Shown piece after piece: positions 27,218 to 37,002 of a stretch of 64,000 nt of DNA. A model generated the notes under the pieces. The model saw nothing but the letters and a program-made list of their open reading frames with translations. It searched no databases and was not told where the DNA came from. The stretch lies in the sequence record PZ445527.1. One strand, written 5' to 3'. The stretch's first letter is position 1. Every line of letters begins with the position of its first letter. This DNA comes from a phage. Both the position numbers and the translations under genes were made by a program.

Positions 27218-27280
27218 AAAAATATCCTTGATTAGTTAGAGAATTAGTAGATTCTAGGGGCAGAAGCCCCTATTTATCTA

Positions 27281-27796
27281 TTACTTCGCTTTACGTTTAC
27301 GAGCTGGTTTAGCAGATTTACGAGCAGAATCACCCGTGAACTTAATGCCTACACCGTAACACAGAGCACGAACATTATCTTTACTATACTCTACGCCAAA
27401 GATATTTGGCTTAACAGAACCAAACTGTCCACGAGTATCACGCAATACATCTGCCGTTGGTTTGCGTTTCTGGTTAACTGCTTTCTCGTAATCTTTCATG
27501 GCCATGCCATTACGAGGGAACAATTCTGCTCCAGCATTGAAACTCAGTGCTACGGGAACAGATTTGTGACCGTAACCCTGTACATAGGTCACAAGGCGGG
27601 TTACAGAACGAGTAGCATTCTTAGCCTTCGGCTTTTGACGAATCGGAGCCGGACGATTCAGTGCCTGTGCAGCTTGAGCATCAGTAGGGTGCTTGCGCAG
27701 GTGGCGTTCCAGACGAGCTTTGCGGTTAGCCTCAGTCTGAGGGAAAGTTTTAACTGTAGTAGCTGCTTGAGTTTTTGCGTTTTTCTGCTTAGCCAT
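27281..27796 (-). CDS. basic protein, possibly nucleic-acid binding
   Basis: 171 aa, Lys/Arg-rich termini; promoter 27835..27863. Confidence 0.5.
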   Translation of the reverse strand: MAKQKNAKTQAATTVKTFPQTEANRKARLERHLRKHPTDAQAAQALNRPAPIRQKPKAKNATRSVTRLVTYVQGYGHKSVPVALSFNAGAELFPRNGMAMKDYEKAVNQKRKPTADVLRDTRGQFGSVKPNIFGVEYSKDNVRALCYGVGIKFTGDSARKSAKPARKRKAK

Positions 27797-27834
27797 TATT
27801 TGTTTTCCTTTTTGTTTATCAATTTATGAAGTAT

Positions 27835-27863
27835 ATTATACGGTAATTTGAAGCGTTTAGCAA
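27835..27863 (-). promoter_or_regulatory. sigma70-type promoter
   Basis: TTGCTA, 17 nt spacer, TATAAT. Confidence 0.6.
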
Positions 27864-27871
27864 ATGAATTT

Positions 27872-28321
27872 TTAATTTATTAACTGTAAGCTTCTTTTAA
27901 TTTCAGACCTTACCTGCATCAAAAGAACTCCTAAAGTATTGTCCCCGATGCCTCGGCAAACACCCCAATATGTATCTCCCCAGGTATTTCCTTCGATCAA
28001 AGTTGCATTTTTTGTTGCTAACAGTTTGTCCCTCAAATCAGGGATTGCAAACTTTAACCGTAAAAGCTCTAGCATTACGTCATCTTTTACCTTATCCCAG
28101 TCAGAGCGCAGAGTTAATTTACGTCCCCTACGTTTGGCAACTCCTGCATTTAGGGAGCGCAGTACATGAGCTACATCATCTTTTTGGTCGGATTTCATAG
28201 CCTGAAAAGCATGTTCTACAGTATCAGCATGCCATATCTCATTTAGATATTCGAAAGTAATTGGTGATAAATAAAAGTTAGATAAAAAACTATAAGTACC
28301 TTTAAATTCAGTAATCTTCAT
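27872..28321 (-). CDS. NADAR (YbiA-like, DUF1768) domain protein
   Basis: 149 aa; FYLSPITFEY...EHAFQAMK...GNTWGDTYWG resembles the NADAR/YbiA family. Confidence 0.6.
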   Translation of the reverse strand: MKITEFKGTYSFLSNFYLSPITFEYLNEIWHADTVEHAFQAMKSDQKDDVAHVLRSLNAGVAKRRGRKLTLRSDWDKVKDDVMLELLRLKFAIPDLRDKLLATKNATLIEGNTWGDTYWGVCRGIGDNTLGVLLMQVRSEIKRSLQLIN

Positions 28322-28602
28322 TTTTTACGCCCCGCATCTTTAGCCTCCTCGGCTGTATAGATATACTGATAAGCCCCTTTGGAGTAGGCTGGAGCAGTAC
28401 ACATTTTCTTACGCTCAATCTCTTCTTGAGCTTTTCTTTCGCGTTCAGCTAATTCTTCATCCAGATAAACTAAACGTTGTTCTGGAGGAGGTGGAAGACG
28501 TGTTTCTGGCTCACCAATATTAGCCTTTCTTATTTGACGAGGTGATTGTGCACGTTTTCTCAACGGTTTAAATCCTAATGAATTTGAGTTATAAATTCGC
28601 AT
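28318..28602 (-). CDS. hypothetical protein
   Basis: 94 aa ORF; promoter 28630..28658. Confidence 0.45.
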   Translation of the reverse strand: MRIYNSNSLGFKPLRKRAQSPRQIRKANIGEPETRLPPPPEQRLVYLDEELAERERKAQEEIERKKMCTAPAYSKGAYQYIYTAEEAKDAGRKK

Positions 28603-28629
28603 AAAGCCCTCCTCACTTTCAATACGAAT

Positions 28630-28658
28630 ATTATACTAAATTAGAGGGCTTTAAGCAA
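28630..28658 (-). promoter_or_regulatory. sigma70-type promoter
   Basis: TTGCTT, 17 nt spacer, TATAAT. Confidence 0.6.
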
Positions 28659-28678
28659 GAAGATTTTTAATTTATTTA

Positions 28679-29155
28679 TCACATCTCGGCAAGTTCTTGC
28701 TCAGTAATAACAGTATTACATAATGCGTCAACTTCTTCATTACCTCTAATACCTGAGTGCCCTTTAACCTTAATAAAGGTAGGGTTAGTATTATGAAAAT
28801 TAATATACTGTTGGGTTAGTTTAAATGCTTCTTGCCATAGTTCTAAATTGAGAGGAGCTTCACCATCTCCCTTCTTCCAGCCTTTCTTCTGCCAAGACCA
28901 CATCCAGCTTTCCATACCATTTTTACAGTATGCAGAATCAGTGTAGATTATAACTGGACGTTTATCATTCTTAGTAGCCCAGCGCAGAACTTCAACAATA
29001 GCTGTAAGTTCCATTTCATTGTTTGTGGTTTTTGGACTGAAACCCGACTTAGAACCCAAACGTTCGTCATTAGGATCATAAACTACGAAACCCCAAGCAC
29101 CTAAACCAGGATTACCTTTACAAGCCCCATCTGTATATATATGAAATGTACTCAT
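28679..29155 (-). CDS. rnhA: ribonuclease H
   Basis: 158 aa; IYTDGAC...EMELTAI...YTDSAY...HSG...EVD typical RNase HI catalytic motifs. Confidence 0.85.
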   Translation of the reverse strand: MSTFHIYTDGACKGNPGLGAWGFVVYDPNDERLGSKSGFSPKTTNNEMELTAIVEVLRWATKNDKRPVIIYTDSAYCKNGMESWMWSWQKKGWKKGDGEAPLNLELWQEAFKLTQQYINFHNTNPTFIKVKGHSGIRGNEEVDALCNTVITEQELAEM

Positions 29156-29694
29156 TTATTAAGTTCCTCTAAAATAGGGGGTGGTTTTGTGGAATCAAAA
29201 GTTTCTATAACAGCGTTTTTACCGTGTAACTGTAGACGAAGTTCATTGGCACATTGAATGGCGGATTCTAGGTCTTTGTACTCAAAATAACCACCATATA
29301 CTGACTTTTTATCGGAGTCTCTAACATGTACTTGCCATTTCTGATTTTGCCTATTCCAGCTAATTCCTAGATAACCAGATTTACTTCTAGTGGTTTTATT
29401 TCTCTGATTCTCTTGGTAATTAGATTTCCTGAGATTAATCCATCTATTATCATCTCGTATGCGGTTTATGTGGTCTACCATTTCCGGTAGATAGCCTTCC
29501 ATATAGAGAAATGCTAGCTGATGCGCATAATATGGATTTTTATCCACGGATATAGTTATATATCCGTCTTTTCTTAGATGACCAGCAATACTTCCTATTT
29601 TTCCGTTTCTACCCCTGACTCCCGTCCTTCTAGTAAATATTCCGGTATCGGGGTTATAATCGAATAGTTCTTTTAATCTTTCTTGTGTGATCAT
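29152..29694 (-). CDS. HNH homing endonuclease (HNH plus AP2-like)
   Basis: 180 aa; N-terminus MITQERLKELFDYNPDTGIFT shared with ORFs at 5368 and 55085. Confidence 0.8.
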   Translation of the reverse strand: MITQERLKELFDYNPDTGIFTRRTGVRGRNGKIGSIAGHLRKDGYITISVDKNPYYAHQLAFLYMEGYLPEMVDHINRIRDDNRWINLRKSNYQENQRNKTTRSKSGYLGISWNRQNQKWQVHVRDSDKKSVYGGYFEYKDLESAIQCANELRLQLHGKNAVIETFDSTKPPPILEELNK

Positions 29695-30074
29695 TCATCT
29701 AACCATCCTATGTCTATACTAAGTAATGCTTTTATTCCTGTAATACCTGTACCATAGGTATTATATCGAATAGCACTTCTGCTCTTTACTTCAAGTATAT
29801 TTTCATACTCTGTATTTTCTAGAATTTCTGTAGATATACCTAAATATCCTGATTGATCTTCCTCGTCCCAACCCATATCTTCTAGAAGATTTAGACGTAA
29901 TTCTACCTTCTCATCTCCATTGCCTACAGAGTAGTAGTCTTCTAAAGTCCTGAATTTAGAAGTGATAGAGTCTAGTATTAATAATATCTGTTCCTTAGTA
30001 ATAGTTTCTTTATCACCCTGTAAGTAATTGGAGTAATTCAGAAGGGCTTGTTCTAATTCAATTTCTTTACTCAT
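29691..30074 (-). CDS. hypothetical acidic protein
   Basis: 127 aa ORF. Confidence 0.5.
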   Translation of the reverse strand: MSKEIELEQALLNYSNYLQGDKETITKEQILLILDSITSKFRTLEDYYSVGNGDEKVELRLNLLEDMGWDEEDQSGYLGISTEILENTEYENILEVKSRSAIRYNTYGTGITGIKALLSIDIGWLDE

Positions 30075-30174
30075 TTTATTATCCTTTTGTACTTATTGAG
30101 TATATTATATTTAAAATTATACCTAATAAGCAGGTACAATTTCAAATATAATAGCCCCGAAAGGGCTATTTGAG

Positions 30175-31014
30175 TTAAGAAGACATCTTAGCTTTAAGAG
30201 CTGGGTGAGGATCATACCCCTCCAAATGGAATGACCAAGCTGCCGTATTATTTTCTAGTAAGTCGTAAAGATCTACAAATTCTGGCATTACTAGAGTCGG
30301 TAAAGGACGAGGTTTACGTTTTACCTGTTCTTCTACCTGTTCCATGTGGTCATTATAGATATGAGTATCGCCGCCACTAAAGATAAGGTAGCGAGGTTTT
30401 AATCCTGTCAGTTTTGCTAATATATGCGTTAATAAAGCATAACTAGCAATGTTGAAAGGTAAACCGAGGAAACAATCCACAGAACGTTGTGTCCATTTAA
30501 GATCTAGGTATCCATCGTTACTTACATAGCACTGGAAGCCGTAGTGACAGGGTGGTAATGCCATTTTATCAAGTTCAGCTACGTTCCATGCAGATACTAG
30601 GTGTCTGCGACCATGTGGGTTATTTTTGAGTCCCTCAATAAGTTCTATAATCTGATCTCGTCCACCAAAGTTGCGCCATTGTTTACCATATACTGGCCCT
30701 AGATTACCTTTGTCATAACCCATACTTATGGCTTGGTCTTCGTAGTTTGGAGTCCATATAGTCCATTGCCCCTCATCACACCCAAAAGTGAATACACGTA
30801 GATCATGAAGATTTGTGGAACCAGACAAGAACCATAAAAGTTCTCCTACTACTGATTTCCAGGCCAGGCGTTTAGTAGTTACAGCCGGGAACCCTTCACG
30901 TAGATCGAACTTAGCATAGGAATCAAAAATTGAAACTGTGCCTGTTCCTGTACGGTCATTACGGGGTTCACCTAGTAAAATTACATCTGTCAAAATTTTT
31001 AAGTATTGTTGCAT
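30175..31014 (-). CDS. thyA: thymidylate synthase
   Basis: 279 aa; conserved ThyA active-site region PPCHYGFQCYV. Confidence 0.9.
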   Translation of the reverse strand: MQQYLKILTDVILLGEPRNDRTGTGTVSIFDSYAKFDLREGFPAVTTKRLAWKSVVGELLWFLSGSTNLHDLRVFTFGCDEGQWTIWTPNYEDQAISMGYDKGNLGPVYGKQWRNFGGRDQIIELIEGLKNNPHGRRHLVSAWNVAELDKMALPPCHYGFQCYVSNDGYLDLKWTQRSVDCFLGLPFNIASYALLTHILAKLTGLKPRYLIFSGGDTHIYNDHMEQVEEQVKRKPRPLPTLVMPEFVDLYDLLENNTAAWSFHLEGYDPHPALKAKMSS

Positions 31015-31547
31015 TAATAAGTAACCAATTCCTGTACAAATCGCAGGCTGTTATCACTGTTTGCGCCAACTGCATAGACTAATCGAGTGGATTCATAGTT
31101 ATAATCCAGTATCATACTATCTAGGTGTGTATCTGCCTCTAGCTTCTGTTCGCTAAAGATTGTAGATACAAAAGCACTTTCAATATGCCCATGTTGGTAC
31201 ATTTCTAGAAGAAGACTAGCTCCACCTAGAACTACTGTTTGCTGATCTTTTAGAAAGGTAGGTAATGTATCACCTATCATTGATATGGGAGTGTAAATAT
31301 CGTGTGTAATATCGTCTGGCAGTGGACGATCAGCACGAATAAATAGGTCAGAAGCTCCAATCATACGTTCCCTAACGGTATATGGAAGAGCTAAATAAGT
31401 ACCCGCACCAATGATGATATTATCGGGATTCAACACGTCCAGTTGGGAATAGAAAGCATTCAGCTCTTCCTTGAAGGAGCCCCAAGGAAGCTTACCCCGG
31501 AGGCCGAACTCCCCATTCGGCCCAACTGCATACATTGCTGTAATCAT
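31014..31547 (-). CDS. dihydrofolate reductase
   Basis: 177 aa; N-terminal MITAMYAVGPNGEFG and position between thyA and nrdB. Confidence 0.8.
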   Translation of the reverse strand: MITAMYAVGPNGEFGLRGKLPWGSFKEELNAFYSQLDVLNPDNIIIGAGTYLALPYTVRERMIGASDLFIRADRPLPDDITHDIYTPISMIGDTLPTFLKDQQTVVLGGASLLLEMYQHGHIESAFVSTIFSEQKLEADTHLDSMILDYNYESTRLVYAVGANSDNSLRFVQELVTY

Positions 31548-32689
31548 AGGAAATCTCCAAATTCATTACCCAAATCTTTCAGGGTATCCATAGACGTTTC
31601 TGTGACTTGACCTACACGGTAGGCTGCACCAATCTGGATTTCTTGTGGAGCAGGCTGTAGAGAGGTAGTATCCAACCAGTTCATGATCCACGGAATAGGG
31701 TTTTTGGTGATTACTGGTAAGTGACTAGGCCATTCTACACCAATGTGCATAAATGCATTACGCCCCACAAAGTACAGATATTCTTCTAGAAGTTCTGCAT
31801 TCAAACCAATCAGACTACGACCTTTGAAGATGAAATGACCCCATTCAATTTCAGTTTTCAGAGTTTTCAGGAGCTGTGCTGGTGCTTTAGCCACTGCTTC
31901 ATCTACCAGATCTTTGTCAAACTGCTGGAACATAATCTGGATGATTGTTTTAGACATCTGCGTGTGAAGGGCCTCATCCTTAGCAATCAACTGCAGATTT
32001 TTAGCAATACCTTGCAGAATATCGTTCTCTGCTAACGCAAAGGTACATGCAAAGGATGCGTAGAACTGCATTGCTTCCAGACCGTAGATTGCAAAATAAG
32101 CATCTAACAGTTTAGCCTGAGTTTCACGCTTAACTTCAGGGAACTCAGTTTCTGGGTATGTATTGTCACCACGATGATCACGTACTGCGATGAAATACTG
32201 ACCTAACTGGTACAGTTCATCAAATAGTTCAACAGAATCTGCGATACGTGCAAATGCTTCTTGGTTTTTAGTTACAGAATCAATAAATTCTGCCGGATCA
32301 GTCAACACATTACGAATAATATTGCTATAGGCACGACTATGCAGGTCTTCAAAGTAGCTCCACTGTTTTAGCATTCCTTCCAGTTCAGGGCGGCTTACAA
32401 GCGGCATAATAGCTGCTTCAGGTGCGCGACTAATGAAAGAATCTGTTTGGGTCTGCCATGCTAAGTTCAGGAGTGTAATTTCCTGAATTTCACGAGGGAG
32501 GTTAGGCCATTGTTTCTTATCAGCCTCTAAACTGATTTCTGTCTCAGTCCAAAATTGAGAGCGTTGCAGAAGTGCCAGACGCTCTAATTCTGGATGTGCT
32601 ACGCGTACATAATCTGCGATACCTAGAGAATCGCCCAGGAAAAGATCAGCGTTAGTATGATCCCAATTCAGGTTTAGTAAAGTAGTCAT
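31544..32689 (-). CDS. nrdB: ribonucleotide reductase small subunit
   Basis: 381 aa; iron-ligand and tyrosyl-radical region typical of class Ia R2. Confidence 0.9.
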   Translation of the reverse strand: MTTLLNLNWDHTNADLFLGDSLGIADYVRVAHPELERLALLQRSQFWTETEISLEADKKQWPNLPREIQEITLLNLAWQTQTDSFISRAPEAAIMPLVSRPELEGMLKQWSYFEDLHSRAYSNIIRNVLTDPAEFIDSVTKNQEAFARIADSVELFDELYQLGQYFIAVRDHRGDNTYPETEFPEVKRETQAKLLDAYFAIYGLEAMQFYASFACTFALAENDILQGIAKNLQLIAKDEALHTQMSKTIIQIMFQQFDKDLVDEAVAKAPAQLLKTLKTEIEWGHFIFKGRSLIGLNAELLEEYLYFVGRNAFMHIGVEWPSHLPVITKNPIPWIMNWLDTTSLQPAPQEIQIGAAYRVGQVTETSMDTLKDLGNEFGDFL

Positions 32690-32720
32690 TGATTTTCCTC
32701 TTTCTCACTATTTCAGGAAT

Positions 32721-32749
32721 ATTATAGCAAATCAGATAGCGATTAGCAA
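32721..32749 (-). promoter_or_regulatory. sigma70-type promoter upstream of nrdB
   Basis: TTGCTA, 17 nt spacer, TATAAT. Confidence 0.6.
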
Positions 32750-32755
32750 GTAAAA

Positions 32756-33262
32756 TTATAAACTATCAAGCTCCAATAGTTTAGCATCACGCCATTCTAT
32801 AGCATCCTCTAATTCTTTAAATGTTTTTGTATATTTTACGCCTTTACGAGCTATCTGGACTTGATATGATCCACTAGCTTTTTGATGAATATTTTTAATA
32901 CCTAGCTTATTGTCTTTATGCGCCCCGACATTCTTTCCGTTACTGAATCTATCAGAAGCTACTAGGTTAATAGCTCTATTATCATGTCGTATTCTATTAT
33001 CGTGGTCTACTTCAGGTGGCAGATACCCATGAATTTTAGCAAAGATTACCCTATGGGCTAAGTAGGGGTATCCTTTAATATTTAATACTATATATCCTGT
33101 AGATTTATCTAAGGAGCCTGCTGGTTTTCCGGCATATTTGGTATTAAATGTTTTATTATCTCTAGGTCTATGAGTCAATATTCCAGTATATGGATCATAA
33201 TCAAATAATTTAGCTACCTCTAGATGATCTTCTAATGTTTTTGACATAATTATAATTTCCAA
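32756..33262 (-). CDS. HNH homing endonuclease
   Basis: 168 aa; AHRVIFAKIHGYLPPEVDHDNRIRHDNRAINL; sits between nrdA and nrdB. Confidence 0.75.
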   Translation of the reverse strand: MEIIIMSKTLEDHLEVAKLFDYDPYTGILTHRPRDNKTFNTKYAGKPAGSLDKSTGYIVLNIKGYPYLAHRVIFAKIHGYLPPEVDHDNRIRHDNRAINLVASDRFSNGKNVGAHKDNKLGIKNIHQKASGSYQVQIARKGVKYTKTFKELEDAIEWRDAKLLELDSL

Positions 33263-33311
33263 CCAATTAGTATAAAAATAAGAGGGTTATAATTAACCCT
33301 CTTTACTAGTT

Positions 33312-36300
33312 TTATAAGGTGCAGCCACCTGAAGAACATCCTGTAGTTTCTCCAGCTCCTCCACCATTCGCAGTGTTAAAGTTAGCATAATACCAGGTTT
33401 TTATACCATACTTAACCGCAGTCATAAAGTCACGAACTACTACTGGGCCAGGGATGATTTCATTCTCGAATTTAGAGTAATCATAATACATCTGGAAACT
33501 TGATGACTGACTCAAGAATTTTTGGTAAACGGCGTTCCACTTGATCCACTCAATACGATCTACATCATAGGCCAGTTTATAGCTCATGAGAGTATCCCAA
33601 TCAGTTGCACCTGGGGCAATTGCAATTACTTTATTCACTGCACTACCCTTGATAGATACAATCTTACGAGGTGGTTCAATAGAGTTAGTAACGCCTAACA
33701 GAACAGAGGAACTTTCTCCCGGCATCTGCGCAGTCAGAACAGAGTTACGCATACCGTATTTCAGAATGTCTGCACGCAGAGATTCCCAATCCATTTCTAG
33801 ACCTACGGATACCAGCTCATCAACAGTTTTCTTATACGTGTCGATTACCAGAATTCCTTTGGATGGTTTAGTACGATTAAACCATTCACATGCACCTTGT
33901 TCTTTAGCCAGACGTACAGAGGCTTTATGTAGGAAGTAAGACAGTTTTTCAGCTTCACGATGAATCCAGTTACGTGCTTCAACGCCTTCATAAGCCAAAC
34001 CTTCCGCCGCCATTGCACCTGCTGCGTTCATCAGACCAATACCAACATTACGACGTTTCTTAGCCGTATATTCCATAGTTGGGAACGGATAATCCTGAAT
34101 TTCAATGATGGTATCAACGAATTTCAGGAGGATGTAGCAAGTTTTCTCCCACTCAGCCAGAGATTCCATGCGTCCTAGTACAACACCACCTAAGTTACAC
34201 AGAGATACTTCACCAATATCCTCTGGCTTCATTTGATCAAGCTGCTCTTTTGTCTTATACAGCTCTGTGATATGATGGAACGGGCGTGTAGGCTGAGTAA
34301 TTTCTACACAGTTACCCGCTAAAATGCCATTAAATACACCTAAGTTTAATTTAGGTTCTGTAAAGCAATAAGTATCACTAATACGACCAGTAAACTCAAC
34401 GTTAGTTACAGTTACAAAACGGGTTGCGTCTCTATTGGGGCGTGTTAGGTTTAAGAGTTTCTCTTTATCCAAAGAGAGTCCTAAATCTTTAAGTTTCCAG
34501 AAGCCACTACTCCCCACAATAAGCCTACTAGTCTCCTTGCAGTGGTATAGTTTACTAGTACCAGTACCATCTGGTAACTCGTGGTCACCTTCTTTGCGTC
34601 CTAAAATAATCTTGCTAGTAACCCCCAATTCTAGTAACAAATCCTTCACTTTACTTAGAAAATCAGGCTCTGCCGAAGCAACCACAATACTAGGAGTTGT
34701 GCCATTTTTCTGTATGCAGCCATCTGCATCTAAATATCCCTCTAACCATTTGATACGGCTATCAATAGTATACTCTGGGCCAGGTACAAAATACTTCGGC
34801 ATTAAATCAGACTTAACAATATAGCTCAGTCTACCTGTGCTGTCCAGTAATCCACTTCCCTGAATTTCTGCGTCAATTTTATCCACTAATGGTAGTTTGC
34901 CACCTTTTTCATAGAAGTACAGCTTAGGTTCTCCATGTCTTCCATAAGTTCCATCTCCAGTGAAGAAACCGTTAGTATAAGGAGATTTTAGTACCATATT
35001 TCCATGATCTACAATAGGATTACTAAATTTAGGCATTTTCATACCTACTTGCAAGTCTACTGCTCGTACCTCTTCTAGCCCCTGTTTGAAAGAGGTACGA
35101 CGATCCTCTCTGACATATTTGGGCTGGTGGTAGAACTTATGATAAAGAGTAGATTCAATAGTAGATCCATCAGAGAATGTGATTTTTATCAACTCCTGAG
35201 CTTCCCCAGTTTTAGTAGGGATAACTGTTGACCATTCTTGTCCGTTCCAAATCTCTACTTCTTTACCAACTAAATCAATAATCTCTATGTTACCATTTTT
35301 GGTTAAAATTTTTGTTTCTGGAGCTACACAAAGGTTTGTCATACGGATTGGATCAAGGAAGTTACCGTGACGATTAGATTCCCCGATGTGGTGCGCATAC
35401 ATACGTCCTGTTTCCATTCGGATACGTAGCCAAGTATCTAGGATTTCTTTTGCAGAGACTTTAGGAGCTGCTGGAACTGTTTTTCCTTCGTGGTCGATCT
35501 TTGTAAGAGATGCCACACGTTTCTCCGCTGCCACGTAGATTTCTTCAAATTTAGCCTCGTCATCACTATAAAACGCTTCATGAACTTCTGGAGCATAGAA
35601 GTATGACATTAGCGTAATATCTTCATTTTTCAGATAACGTTTTAACAAAAGATTGTTGAAGCTCAGAGAATAATCCATCTTATCAATTTTATTCTCGTCT
35701 GTAGCACGTTGTTGCTTAACCTGCATCAACTGAATGATTTCAGGGTCAAAGTATGGATAAGACACTGTAGCAGAACCACCACGAGTTTGCTGAGTATTGG
35801 CCTTTACTGAGCGATCAATGTGTCGATAATATGGCAGTTTTCCGGAATGCGGGAATGCCCCATTTCGCACCGGATCAGCAATTGATCTGCTTTCAAGATG
35901 ATACCCGATTCCCGCTCTGGCTGCAACCATTTTGAAGACGATGTGCTCGGCGGTGTCGATTGAATCCAACGTGTCAGTGGAATCCACGAGGCAGCAACTA
36001 GCAAATCCACGGTCACTAGAGCGCAGACCAACCAGTGGCGGCGTAGGAACGTTGATTTTGTGGAGCGACATTGCGTTGTAGAGGTCGATTGCATCTAGAA
36101 TTGTCCAGTTAGGTTGAGATAACATCGCCATTGCCATACCCATGTAGGCAAACTGCGGAGTTTCATAAATTTCACCAGTGGCTATGTTGCGGCGGGAATA
36201 CTTATCAAAGAACTGCTTCAGTCCACCACTAGTAAAAAGACGGTCACGATCATGGTCGATAACCTGATTCAGAGCTTCAAATTGCTCATCGGTAATCCAT

Positions 36301-36659
36301 GCACTCATGTCTTCCCATGCACCTACGCTAACCATGTGGTCATGGAAGAAGCGCAGAGAAGGTGGTTCGAAGGAATCATAAAGGCGTTTACGCATTTGCG
36401 CAAGACGTAATTCCTTTGCTGGCACATCGTATGCTGGGTTATCTTTGATAAGGCTTTCAGCAGCCTTAATTAATGCGTCCATCAGAGTGTCGGAATCTAC
36501 AACCCCTTTAGGCAGAGTTTTTTGAGCAGCCATAGTAATGGCTGACCAACTTACATCAACTGTTTTGCAACCATACTCTGCCCAACCATTGAGTTTTTCA
36601 GGAGCAAAGTCTTCTACAGTACCGTCACGTTTAATTACTTTTTCAATGCGATGGCTCAT
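33312..36659 (-). CDS. nrdA: ribonucleotide reductase large subunit with in-frame intein
   Basis: ORF 33312..36764; start placed at MSHRIEKVIKRDG Met by comparison with NrdA N-termini; class Ia R1 motifs throughout; about 340 extra residues inserted at the NLC active-site motif. Confidence 0.9.
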   Translation of the reverse strand: MSHRIEKVIKRDGTVEDFAPEKLNGWAEYGCKTVDVSWSAITMAAQKTLPKGVVDSDTLMDALIKAAESLIKDNPAYDVPAKELRLAQMRKRLYDSFEPPSLRFFHDHMVSVGAWEDMSAWITDEQFEALNQVIDHDRDRLFTSGGLKQFFDKYSRRNIATGEIYETPQFAYMGMAMAMLSQPNWTILDAIDLYNAMSLHKINVPTPPLVGLRSSDRGFASCCLVDSTDTLDSIDTAEHIVFKMVAARAGIGYHLESRSIADPVRNGAFPHSGKLPYYRHIDRSVKANTQQTRGGSATVSYPYFDPEIIQLMQVKQQRATDENKIDKMDYSLSFNNLLLKRYLKNEDITLMSYFYAPEVHEAFYSDDEAKFEEIYVAAEKRVASLTKIDHEGKTVPAAPKVSAKEILDTWLRIRMETGRMYAHHIGESNRHGNFLDPIRMTNLCVAPETKILTKNGNIEIIDLVGKEVEIWNGQEWSTVIPTKTGEAQELIKITFSDGSTIESTLYHKFYHQPKYVREDRRTSFKQGLEEVRAVDLQVGMKMPKFSNPIVDHGNMVLKSPYTNGFFTGDGTYGRHGEPKLYFYEKGGKLPLVDKIDAEIQGSGLLDSTGRLSYIVKSDLMPKYFVPGPEYTIDSRIKWLEGYLDADGCIQKNGTTPSIVVASAEPDFLSKVKDLLLELGVTSKIILGRKEGDHELPDGTGTSKLYHCKETSRLIVGSSGFWKLKDLGLSLDKEKLLNLTRPNRDATRFVTVTNVEFTGRISDTYCFTEPKLNLGVFNGILAGNCVEITQPTRPFHHITELYKTKEQLDQMKPEDIGEVSLCNLGGVVLGRMESLAEWEKTCYILLKFVDTIIEIQDYPFPTMEYTAKKRRNVGIGLMNAAGAMAAEGLAYEGVEARNWIHREAEKLSYFLHKASVRLAKEQGACEWFNRTKPSKGILVIDTYKKTVDELVSVGLEMDWESLRADILKYGMRNSVLTAQMPGESSSVLLGVTNSIEPPRKIVSIKGSAVNKVIAIAPGATDWDTLMSYKLAYDVDRIEWIKWNAVYQKFLSQSSSFQMYYDYSKFENEIIPGPVVVRDFMTAVKYGIKTWYYANFNTANGGGAGETTGCSSGGCTL
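34311..35330 (-). mobile_element. intein with LAGLIDADG homing endonuclease inside nrdA
   Basis: Insert begins with Cys (CVAPET), ends GILAGN followed by +1 Cys of extein NL-CVEITQP; contains GFFTGDGTYG and LEGYLDADGC motifs. Confidence 0.8.
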
Positions 36660-36803
36660 TTGGTTTTCCTTTTTATAGTTATCAGGATTTAAGGAATATT
36701 CTACATTATTATTGGTCATTAGGCAAATAAAATTTTCTGATAGAAAAGGCCCGAGTATTTTCATACCCAGGCCCTCTGTGTTGTCAGTCTAGTTTTTGGC
36801 CAC

Positions 36804-37001
36804 TTAAGTTCTCAGCAGAATATCTATCGAGGTACTTAGTTCACTATAATTGAAGGGCCGATTTGGATTTGAGGTTACAATTTTCCACGCTAGGGTAGTC
36901 TTAGGACTTTCTTCCCCTTCCTTACGTGTAATCATATTAGCAGCGCTCAGTGAAGTACGATGTATTTTAGTTTTTCGGTGTAGATGTACAACGTCTCCCA
37001 T
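36804..37001 (-). CDS. small hypothetical protein
   Basis: ATG 2 nt after phoH stop, preceded by GGGGAAGG RBS; low confidence. Confidence 0.3.
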   Translation of the reverse strand: MGDVVHLHRKTKIHRTSLSAANMITRKEGEESPKTTLAWKIVTSNPNRPFNYSELSTSIDILLRT

Positions 37002-37002
37002 A

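Noticed and set aside
27240-27275. Hairpin AGGGGCAGAAGCCCCT as terminator
   Set aside because: GC stem is present but lacks a T-rich tail on the minus strand; not annotated.
33586-34824. Plus-strand ORFs 33586..33939, 33960..34178, 34435..34824 and minus ORF 35804..36094
   Set aside because: All lie inside the nrdA/intein gene on the opposite strand or an alternative frame; nrdA reading frame is strongly supported.
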